From: a bacterium
GTDB taxonomy: Bacteria > Pseudomonadota > Gammaproteobacteria > Burkholderiales > Burkholderiaceae_C
Assembly: GCA_030824555.1 (NCBI GenBank)
Contig: JAVBXK010000052.1
Coordinates: 3,059 to 67,058 of the forward strand
DNA: 64,000 nt
Direction of reading: 5' to 3'
Positions 10,066 through 17,801 of the stretch are shown piece after piece. The position numbers were made by a program, and so were the translations under genes. Below the pieces are notes generated by a model. It was not told where the DNA came from. It was given only the letters and a program-made list of their open reading frames with translations, and searched no databases. Numbering within the stretch: the first letter of the stretch is position 1; each line of letters opens with the position of its first letter.

Positions 10066-10545
10066 ATGAAAAAAATCCTGATATTGAACGGACCCAACCT
10101 GAACTTGCTGGGCACGCGGGAGCCTGCCCAATATGGCTACACCACGCTGACCGATGTGGAGGCGCTGTGCCGCAGCGCGGGCGAACGCCTGGGTTACCAG
10201 GTGGAGTGCGTCCAGAGCAATTGGGAAGGTGCCCTGATTGACAAAATTCACGAGTACGGCCGCCTGTACAAAGCGGGCGAGGTACTGGGTTGCGTGTTCA
10301 ACCCCGGTGCGCTGACGCACACGTCCGTTGCACTGCACGACGCCATCAAGGGCGTGGACGGCTTGCCCGTGATCGAGTGCCACATTTCCAACGTGCACGC
10401 CCGCGAGGCGTTTCGCCACCACTCCTGGGTATCGCCTGCCGCAGCAGGCATCGTGGTGGGGTTCGGGGTAGACGGTTACGTCATCGCCATGGAGGGGTTG
10501 GTTCGCAAATTCGCACCATCGGCCGCCATCGCACACACAGCCTGA
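10066..10545 (+). CDS. aroQ: Type II 3-dehydroquinate dehydratase
   Basis: MKKILILNGPNLNLLGTREPAQYG and ECHISNVHAREAFR signatures. Confidence 0.92.
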   Translation: MKKILILNGPNLNLLGTREPAQYGYTTLTDVEALCRSAGERLGYQVECVQSNWEGALIDKIHEYGRLYKAGEVLGCVFNPGALTHTSVALHDAIKGVDGLPVIECHISNVHAREAFRHHSWVSPAAAGIVVGFGVDGYVIAMEGLVRKFAPSAAIAHTA

Positions 10546-10572
10546 CCCACCCAACGCAACAAGAGACGCAAC

Positions 10573-11406
10573 ATGATCAATGGCAACACCGAACTCATTG
10601 CGCACATCGGCTACCCCACGCACGCTTTCAAGTCGCCCATGATTTACAACCCCTACTTTGAAAAAGTGGGGGTCAACACCATGGTGGTGCCCATGGGCTG
10701 CCAGGCTGACGACTACCCCGCGTTCCTGAAAGCCGTGTTCAGCCTGACCAACATCCGTGGCGCACTCATCACCATGCCGCACAAGGTGACGACCGTGGGC
10801 CTGATGGACAGCGTCACCCCTAACGTCAAAGTGGCCGGGGCTTGCAACGCGGTCAAGCGCCTGCCCAACGGCCAACTGTTTGGCGACATGTTTGACGGCG
10901 AAGGCTTCGTCAGGGGTGTGCGCCGCAAAGGCCTGACGCTGACCGGTGCCAGCGCGCTGGTGGTGGGCACGGGCGGCGTGGGCTGTGCCATCGCGGCATC
11001 GCTGGCAGCTGCTGGCGTGACCACCATGGGCCTGTACGACGTGAACACCGCATCGGCTCAGACGCTGGCCGATCGCTTGCACGCCAACTATGCCGACATC
11101 ACCGTCAAAACCGGCAGCAACGACCCAGCCGGGTTTGACCTGGTGGTCAACGCCACGCCCATGGGCATGAACGATGGCGACCCGCTGCCCATTGACTGCA
11201 CCCGCCTGGCGCCGTCAACGTTCGTGGGCGAAGTGGTCATGAAAACCGAGATGACGGCCTTCCTCAAGGCAGCCCAGGCGCAAGGCTGCAGAATCCAGGT
11301 GGGCACCGACATGCTGTTCGAACAAATTCCGGCTTACCTGGAGTTTTTCGACTTGCCCACCACCACACCCGACATGCTCCGCGCCTTGGCGCAACTGAAG
11401 TACTGA
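10573..11406 (+). CDS. Shikimate/quinate dehydrogenase family protein (second copy, likely catabolic)
   Basis: IGYPTHAFKSPMIYN, ITMPHKV and VVGTGGVGCAIA motifs. Adjacent to aroQ and the TRAP genes. Confidence 0.8.
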   Translation: MINGNTELIAHIGYPTHAFKSPMIYNPYFEKVGVNTMVVPMGCQADDYPAFLKAVFSLTNIRGALITMPHKVTTVGLMDSVTPNVKVAGACNAVKRLPNGQLFGDMFDGEGFVRGVRRKGLTLTGASALVVGTGGVGCAIAASLAAAGVTTMGLYDVNTASAQTLADRLHANYADITVKTGSNDPAGFDLVVNATPMGMNDGDPLPIDCTRLAPSTFVGEVVMKTEMTAFLKAAQAQGCRIQVGTDMLFEQIPAYLEFFDLPTTTPDMLRALAQLKY

Positions 11407-11413
11407 CCTCCAT

Positions 11414-12262
11414 TTGACGCAACGCATTGGGCTGGGCGTTGCCCTGGCCATCGCATCGACCGCCTGCTTCGCATTGCTGGACACCGTGTCCAAGCAGGTG
11501 GGGCTGCTGGTGCCTGTGGTCATGGCCATCTGGTGCCGGTTTGCCGTACAAACCCTCATGACGGGGCTGCTGCTGTGGCCACGCCTGGGTCGGCGCATGT
11601 GGGCCATGCAAGCGCCACGCTGGCACGTGGCACGGGGCCTGCTCATGCTGTGTTCGGGCTCGGTGGCGTTCATGAGCCTGCGGCACATCCCGGTGGGCGA
11701 GTTCACAGCTGTGCTCACGCTGGTGCCACTGGTCATCACCCTGCTGGCATCTCTGCTGCTGCACGAGCACGTGTCACGCACCACGTGGCTGCTGTTGATC
11801 GGCGGCCTGTGCGGTGCGCTGGTGATCATCCGCCCGCACGGCGACACGTTTGACATGCACCTGCTGTGGCCCCTGTTGCTGGTGCTGATCAACGCGTCGT
11901 ACCAGATCCTGACCAGCCGAATGGTGCGCACCGAAGACCCCGGCACCATGCATTTCATCACCGGGCTGATCTGTCTGGTGGGTGCATCGGTGCTGGTGCC
12001 CACTTTCTGGGTGCCGGTGGCTGACCCGTTTACCTGGCTGCTGATTGCGTTGATGGGCGTGTTCGGCTCGCTGGGCCACTACGTGATGATCCAAGCCTAT
12101 CAATGTGCCCCCGCCTCCACGCTGACGCCCTACATGTACGCGCAAATTGCCTTTGCCACGTTGGCCGGATGGGTGGCGTTTGACCATGTGCCCGACGCCA
12201 CGACCACCCTCGGCATCGCGCTGATCGTGACGTGTGCGCTGCTCGGCTTGCGGCAGCGTTGA
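11414..12262 (+). CDS. DMT-superfamily (EamA-like) transporter
   Basis: 282 aa and about 10 TM segments arranged as two EamA-like halves. TTG start, so the start is uncertain. Confidence 0.75.
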   Translation: MTQRIGLGVALAIASTACFALLDTVSKQVGLLVPVVMAIWCRFAVQTLMTGLLLWPRLGRRMWAMQAPRWHVARGLLMLCSGSVAFMSLRHIPVGEFTAVLTLVPLVITLLASLLLHEHVSRTTWLLLIGGLCGALVIIRPHGDTFDMHLLWPLLLVLINASYQILTSRMVRTEDPGTMHFITGLICLVGASVLVPTFWVPVADPFTWLLIALMGVFGSLGHYVMIQAYQCAPASTLTPYMYAQIAFATLAGWVAFDHVPDATTTLGIALIVTCALLGLRQR

Positions 12263-12479
12263 CATCGCTCAAAACCCATCAGGGTTTACCATTATTTTTG
12301 TACTAACTGTTACGTTTGTACAACATTCCCGCCTTCTGAAAGCACGAATTAACTTGTTCGTTCATAGCTGTGAATGCTCTAATTTGTGTGCTTCCTTCAC
12401 GAAGCAGCTGTCATCTGAACCACTCATTCAGGTGTGGCGGCTGAGCAAACATTCATCCCCCGATTTTGGAGACCTGAAT

Positions 12480-13415
12480 ATGAAAAAAACCCTCTTGGCA
12501 CTGTCAGCTGTCGCATGTTGCGGCGCTGCATTCGCACAGTCATCCGTGACCATCTATGGCGTGATCGACGTCAGCGTGGGCAGCAAAACCGGTGGCAAAT
12601 TTGCCATCAGCGGCGGTAAAGACTTGAACGCCAGCTACCACACCCCCACACGTTTCGGTCTGCGCGGCACCGAAGACCTGGGTGGCGGTTTGAAAGCCAA
12701 CTTCAACCTTGAAACCAACGGCATCGGCATGGCCACTGGCTCACTGGGTGGCAACATGTGGGGCCGTGAGGCTTGGACAGGTCTGTCCGGCAACTTCGGG
12801 TCCACCCGCTTTGGCCGCACGTCCTCCTTTGGTACGCAAGGTCATGCGCGTTTTGACTTGAACGGTATTTCAACATCGTCTGCGATGGACGTTGCCGGCA
12901 TGAGCCCCGTGACTTGGTACGGTTCATCACGCCGCGATGCACAGCTGCAATACGTGACCAACAACATGGGTGGTTTCGATGCAGGTGTGAGCGTCGTTCT
13001 GGCTGGCAACAATGCCAACCAGTCCAGCACATCCATCCGTGCCAACTACGGTGCAGGCCCACTGGCTGTGGGCATCGTTGCTGAAACCAAACGCACAGCA
13101 GCCAACCGCACGGCTTACGCTGTGGCCGGTTCTTACGACTTTGGCGTGGCCAAGGCAGTGGCTGGCTATGTGGTCAGCGAAACCGTTGCCAAGGGCAAAG
13201 GCGCATACATCGGTGCCGTGGCACCTGTGGGTCCATTCAAAGTGGGCTTCCAATACGCACGCAACACCGCTGCAGACAGGAACGCAACCGAACTGTTTGC
13301 CAACTATGCCTTGTCCAAGCGCACATCTCTGTACGCAGACTACGTGAAACTCAACGGCTCTGGCGCGCCAGTCAAGGCTTACTCGTACGGTCTGGGCATC
13401 CTGCACACGTTCTGA
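12480..13415 (+). CDS. Outer-membrane porin (Gram-negative trimeric porin family)
   Basis: Signal peptide MKKTLLALSAVACCGAAFAQSS, then VTIYGVIDV. Alternating beta-strand pattern and a C-terminal ...GLGILHTF. Confidence 0.9.
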   Translation: MKKTLLALSAVACCGAAFAQSSVTIYGVIDVSVGSKTGGKFAISGGKDLNASYHTPTRFGLRGTEDLGGGLKANFNLETNGIGMATGSLGGNMWGREAWTGLSGNFGSTRFGRTSSFGTQGHARFDLNGISTSSAMDVAGMSPVTWYGSSRRDAQLQYVTNNMGGFDAGVSVVLAGNNANQSSTSIRANYGAGPLAVGIVAETKRTAANRTAYAVAGSYDFGVAKAVAGYVVSETVAKGKGAYIGAVAPVGPFKVGFQYARNTAADRNATELFANYALSKRTSLYADYVKLNGSGAPVKAYSYGLGILHTF

Positions 13416-13459
13416 CGTGTTTTTGGCCGCAAGGCCATTGTTTTTCCAAGGTTTTGATA

Positions 13460-13487
13460 CCGCCAGCCGAAAGCTGGCGGTTTTTTT
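13460..13487 (+). terminator. Rho-independent terminator of the porin gene
   Basis: CCGCCAGC-cgaaa-GCTGGCGG followed by TTTTTTT. Confidence 0.85.
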
Positions 13488-13635
13488 ATGCCCAAACGAA
13501 ACTGGCCGAACAAGGTGTCGGCCAGTGAAACAAGTGTCGGTCAGTAATTTATATATAAAAACGGCATCTACCGCACGTGTTTATTCACAGTATCGCTATG
13601 TTTTCAACTGCCACCTGCACAGCACCTGTACCGCG

Positions 13636-13668
13636 CTGTCGGGTGTGCCCGCGCGTCACACCCGACAG
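13636..13668. other. Perfect 12-bp GC-rich inverted repeat spanning the NIPSNAP stop codon
   Basis: CTGTCGGGTGTG-cccgcgcgt-CACACCCGACAG. There is no U-tract on either strand. Confidence 0.5.
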
Positions 13669-14000
13669 GTAACCAGGCCAGGCATGTCCACGGCTTTGAT
13701 CAGGCGGGTCTCTTGCGCGGTGATCAGGTGGCCCGAGGCAGACAGGTAGGCAGGAAAGTCCGGGTGCGTGTCGCGGGCGCGGCAGCGGCGCTCGTAGTCG
13801 GCCAGGTCGTCATAGGCCCACAGGTGCACAAACTGGTTCTGTGGCCCCACCAGGCTGGTGTAAAAACCCACGGGGTGGCCCAGGGTTTGCATCAGCACCG
13901 GCATGGCCAAGCGGTTGAACACCTCGATGAATTCGGGCATTTTGCGCAGTGCAATGGTGTAGATGCGGTGGTCGATCAGGGGTTTGACGAGGTGGCTCAT
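13656..14000 (-). CDS. NIPSNAP-family protein
   Basis: 114 aa beginning MSHLVKPLIDHRIYTI...FVHLWAYDDLADYERR. The start overlaps the stop of the upstream FAD gene (ATGA). The longer ORF to 14288 lies inside that gene. Confidence 0.75.
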   Translation of the reverse strand: MSHLVKPLIDHRIYTIALRKMPEFIEVFNRLAMPVLMQTLGHPVGFYTSLVGPQNQFVHLWAYDDLADYERRCRARDTHPDFPAYLSASGHLITAQETRLIKAVDMPGLVTCRV

Positions 14001-15724
14001 GCTGGGGCTCCTTTGCCTGCTGTGTCTGCGGCGGCCAGGTCGGCAATGTGGTTGCCGGTCACGAAGCCAAACGTCATGTTGGGCCCGTGCGTGATGCCTG
14101 CACCGGGGTAGTTGCCGCCCATGATGCTGGCGCGGTCGTTGCCCACGGCGTACAGGCCCGCGATGAGTGAACCATCGCGCTTGAGCACCTCGCCCACCAC
14201 GCTGGTCTGGATGCCGTCGAACGTACCCAGGTCGCCCATGATCACTTTCACCGCGTAGAACGGCCCTGTCTGCACAGGGGCCACGCAAGGGTTGGGTTGG
14301 TTGTCGGGGTCGGCCAGGTAGCGATTGAAGGCGGTGCGGCCACGGCCAAATGCGGGGTCTTCGCCTTTGACGGCACCTACGTTGTACGCGTGCACGGCTT
14401 GTTCCAGGCCAGTGGCATCGATGCCTGTGGCACGGGCCAGGTCAGCCAGGGTTTTGCCCTCGAACAAATAGCCGTTTTGGATGAAGCGACCGATGGGCAT
14501 GGGGGCGGGTTTGACGTAGCCCAGGCCGTATTTGCCCAGGGTGGTCTTGTCGCAGACCAGCCACATGGCGGTTTCGGGCTGCCCTTCGCAGGCGCGTATG
14601 AGCGCAGCGCCCACGTCGTGGTACGAGTTGGATTCGTTGGTGAAGCGTTGGCCGTTTGCCAGCACGCCGATCACGCCCGGTTTGTAGCGGTCCAGCAGGT
14701 GGGGGAACACGCCCACCTCGCCATCGCCAAACACCACCTTGGACACGGGCATCCAGGCCGCCGCATCCTGGAAGCGGATGTCCACCACGCCACCCACGGT
14801 TTCGGCCATGTTCACGCCGTCGCCGGTGTTGGATGTGGGCGTGGGCGACAGGTGTTCGCCACCACGCGCCACATGCGGGTAAGCCTGGGCAATGCGTTTC
14901 ACGTCGTGCGGGAAGCCGCCGCAGGCCAGCACCACACCGTGACGCGCGGTGATGCGCTGGCCGCCACCTTCACCGCCAGCCTGTACACCCACGGCGCGTT
15001 CACCGTTCATCAGGATGCGCTGGGCGGGCGTGCTGGTCAGAATGGGAATGCCCAGATCGAGCGCCGACTGGGCCAACCGGGCCGCCAGCGCGTTGCCGCT
15101 GGTGACGTTGATGGCACGCCGGTACAGCACCAGCTCTTTGATGTGGTTGGCCAGGCGCTTGGCCACGTAGATGAAAGACGTCAGCGACTTGGTCGCCCTG
15201 AAGAAATGCTTCAGGTCGGCGTTGGACGAGTTGAACATCATCCCGATGAAGGTGATGGTGCGCAGCGGGGGCTTCAGCCGCGCCATGTCTTGCCCCAGCC
15301 TCCTGATGTCATACGGCTCGGCCAGGATGGAGCGGCCAATGTCCACACCACCGTCCACATCGGGGTGGTAGTCGGGATAGAGCGTGGGGATGAATGTCAC
15401 CGCCGTTTCGCGCTCGAAAAATTCAACCATCTTCGGGCCGTTGTCCAGAAAGGTGTTCACCGCTGCGTCGTCGTAGAACGCACCGGTTTCAGCCATCATG
15501 TATCGGCGCACGGCGTCGCGGGTGTCAGCCGGGTTCTGTTTGCGGCCATGCGGCCCCATGGGAATCCACAGCACACCGCCCGACAGTGCGGTGGTGCCGC
15601 CGAACACAGGTTCTTTTTCCAGCACCACCACGTCCAGGCCGCGTTTTTTGGCGGTGATGGCGGTGGCCAGGCCTGCTGCACCGGAACCGACAACGATCAG
15701 GTCCACTTCAAAATCTTTGGTCAT
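13997..15724 (-). CDS. FAD-dependent oxidoreductase (KstD/FAD_binding_2-like)
   Basis: DLIVVGSGAAGLATA (GxGxxG), GGTTALSGG and AGLYAVGND. Resembles the partial protein at 1..1668. Confidence 0.88.
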   Translation of the reverse strand: MTKDFEVDLIVVGSGAAGLATAITAKKRGLDVVVLEKEPVFGGTTALSGGVLWIPMGPHGRKQNPADTRDAVRRYMMAETGAFYDDAAVNTFLDNGPKMVEFFERETAVTFIPTLYPDYHPDVDGGVDIGRSILAEPYDIRRLGQDMARLKPPLRTITFIGMMFNSSNADLKHFFRATKSLTSFIYVAKRLANHIKELVLYRRAINVTSGNALAARLAQSALDLGIPILTSTPAQRILMNGERAVGVQAGGEGGGQRITARHGVVLACGGFPHDVKRIAQAYPHVARGGEHLSPTPTSNTGDGVNMAETVGGVVDIRFQDAAAWMPVSKVVFGDGEVGVFPHLLDRYKPGVIGVLANGQRFTNESNSYHDVGAALIRACEGQPETAMWLVCDKTTLGKYGLGYVKPAPMPIGRFIQNGYLFEGKTLADLARATGIDATGLEQAVHAYNVGAVKGEDPAFGRGRTAFNRYLADPDNQPNPCVAPVQTGPFYAVKVIMGDLGTFDGIQTSVVGEVLKRDGSLIAGLYAVGNDRASIMGGNYPGAGITHGPNMTFGFVTGNHIADLAAADTAGKGAPA

Positions 15725-15742
15725 GCGATGTCCTTGTGCCGG

Positions 15743-16573
15743 TCAGGCGGTTTGGTTGTAGCCAGGGCGGGGAACCATGTCCATCAACATGCTGGACATG
15801 CCGCCATCGACGGCGATGTCGGCCCCGTTCACGTAAGCCGATCGCGGGCTGGCCAGGAACACCGCCACGTCGGCAATGTCTTGCGGCTCGCCGATGCGGC
15901 GGCTGGCCGTGACAGCGGCCCGCTTGGCCTCGAACCCCGGTTCTTCATAAAAGCTGGCCGACAGCGGCGTGCGGATCATTCCTGGACAAATCGCGTTGCT
16001 GCGCACACCGTGGTCACCCCACTCCACGGCCAGTTGACGCGACATCAGCAGCACCCCCGCTTTGCTGGCGCTGTACGCACCGCTCTGGGTTTGCGGGAAG
16101 TGGGCCGAGATGGATGCCACGTTGATGATGCTGCCCGCCCCCTGCCCCTTCATGTCGGCACCGAACGCCCGGGCACACAGCAAATAGCCGGTCAGGTTGA
16201 TGGCGAGCACCAGGTTCCAGTCATCCAGGCTGATGGCATCGAGTCGGGCTGAGCGCAGCAAACCAGCGTTGTTGACCAGCACGTTGCAAGGGCCCATCGC
16301 ATCCCTCACCTGCTGGGCAGCCGCCAACGTGGCGGTTTCGCTGGATGTGTCACACCCCACGGCCATGGCCTGGTAGCCCTGTTGGCACAGGTGTGTGGTG
16401 TGTGCGTCGGCACCGGCCAGGTCACGGTCCAGCAAGGCCACCCGGGCACCAACGCTGGCCAAGCCAGCCGCGATGGCCGCGCCAATGCCGCTGGCTGCGC
16501 CGGTCACGACGCACACCTTGTCTTGTAAACCCAACCAGTCTTTGGGGGCATTATTGGGAAAATTGTCACGCAT
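15743..16573 (-). CDS. SDR-family oxidoreductase
   Basis: TGAASGIGAAIA cofactor motif, NNAG, and YSASK catalytic motif. Confidence 0.9.
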   Translation of the reverse strand: MRDNFPNNAPKDWLGLQDKVCVVTGAASGIGAAIAAGLASVGARVALLDRDLAGADAHTTHLCQQGYQAMAVGCDTSSETATLAAAQQVRDAMGPCNVLVNNAGLLRSARLDAISLDDWNLVLAINLTGYLLCARAFGADMKGQGAGSIINVASISAHFPQTQSGAYSASKAGVLLMSRQLAVEWGDHGVRSNAICPGMIRTPLSASFYEEPGFEAKRAAVTASRRIGEPQDIADVAVFLASPRSAYVNGADIAVDGGMSSMLMDMVPRPGYNQTA

Positions 16574-16725
16574 GTTGTCTCCTGTTCAGAACGCTTTTTG
16601 GGAAAACTCAAGGGAAACAATTGTGTGTGCCCACCCCATATTTCGCCATTGACGTATGCGGCCAATAACAGGACACTTCGTGCATAACTGGTGCAAACCC
16701 TGAACCCTTTTCCGGATGGTCAAAC

Positions 16726-17616
16726 GTGCAGCGCAGCATTCCCAACTACGGCCTGTATGGCGACCAAGCGGCACCTGGCTGGAGCAACTCGTTCAATTTC
16801 GAGTGGATACCCGAGCGCTCGGCCCCCTACCACTGGGAAATCCAACCCCACCTGCACGAAGCGTTTGTGCAGTTGCTGTACCTGACACAAGGCACGGTCA
16901 AGGCTCGGTTCAACAACGTGAATCACTCCCTGCGTGCACCGTGCCTGCTCCTGGTGCCAGCACGCACGGTGCACGGCTTTCACTTCTCGACCGACGTACA
17001 AGGGCCAGTGGTTACGGCCACGCAAAAGCCGTTGGAGTCGTTGGTTCAGGTCAGCATGCCCGAGTTGCTGAACCTGATCCGCACGCCGCTGGCGCTGCAG
17101 TTGGACGAAGACGCTCCCCACGCGGACGCGTTGATGCCCCTGTTTCAGGCACTGGAGCGCGAATACCGCACCCACGCACTGGGGCAGGTGGCGGCCGGCA
17201 TGTCGTTGCTGACGGTGCTGCTGGTGCAGATAGCCCGGCTGCACAGACCCATGCAGTCGGCGGTGCCGTCCATCACGTCACGCAAAGCCGCGCAGGTGGA
17301 GCGGTTCAAGCTGATGGTCGACAACCGGTTTCGCACCCGGCTGACGGTAGAGGGCTGCGCGCATGAAATGGGCATCACCGCCGGGCAGCTGACGCGGCTG
17401 TGCCGCGAGGTGCTCGGCGTGTCCAGCCTGGATGTGATCAACGCCAGGCTGATTCACGAAGCCCAGCGCGACCTGGTCTACACCACCATCACCATCAAGC
17501 AACTGGCTGCTTCGCTGGGTTTTGACGACGAGGCGTACTTCAGCCGGTTCTTCAAGAAACACACCCAACTGACCCCGAGAGCGTTCCGAGTCAGCGCTTT
17601 GCGCACACTGGAGTGA
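16726..17616 (+). CDS. AraC-family transcriptional regulator (cupin plus HTH)
   Basis: N-terminal cupin-like HLHEAFVQLLYL. C-terminal AraC HTH ...IKQLAASLGFDDEAYFSRFFKKHT. Divergent from the SDR operon. Confidence 0.88.
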   Translation: MQRSIPNYGLYGDQAAPGWSNSFNFEWIPERSAPYHWEIQPHLHEAFVQLLYLTQGTVKARFNNVNHSLRAPCLLLVPARTVHGFHFSTDVQGPVVTATQKPLESLVQVSMPELLNLIRTPLALQLDEDAPHADALMPLFQALEREYRTHALGQVAAGMSLLTVLLVQIARLHRPMQSAVPSITSRKAAQVERFKLMVDNRFRTRLTVEGCAHEMGITAGQLTRLCREVLGVSSLDVINARLIHEAQRDLVYTTITIKQLAASLGFDDEAYFSRFFKKHTQLTPRAFRVSALRTLE

Positions 17617-17801
17617 GGCTGTGGCCAGGCTTGCGTCGGCAGGCAAGACTGTCGAACTGTCCGGTTGGGTTGGTCGGCTGGCGCACTGTTGTCCAGGAAA
17701 ACAGGACTTCCGGACTGCAATTGCATTCAAGGCTTCACCGCGACAGGCCCTGACAATGGACAATCCCGAGGAGTCACCCACGGATCATTCTGGAGTCATT
17801 C

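Noticed and set aside
12366-12420. Possible additional copies of the AT-rich element at 12366..12420 (ATAGCtgtgaatgcTCTAAtttgtGTGC), about 1705..1765 and about 6990..7030.
   Set aside because: Only the ATAGC(T) start or a CACAA-type tail is shared, and the central blocks and spacing are not preserved. This is too weak to call without a statistical search.
12234-12479. An 82-aa N-terminal extension of the porin ORF.
   Set aside because: The extension runs through an AT-rich promoter-like region and overlaps the DMT gene end. A canonical signal peptide begins at the internal ATG 12480.
14297-16252. Very long ORFs antisense to well-supported genes. These are 14297..16252 (651 aa), 4689..6173, 37898..39529, 43539..45176, 53089..54567, 604..1650, 8885..9724, 9934..11082, 25588..26592, 58171..59241, 59544..60632 and 63309..63998.
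   Set aside because: Each lies opposite a gene with clear family motifs. Their translations are Arg/Gly/His/Ala-rich with no recognisable motifs. Long open antisense frames are expected in roughly 65% GC DNA.
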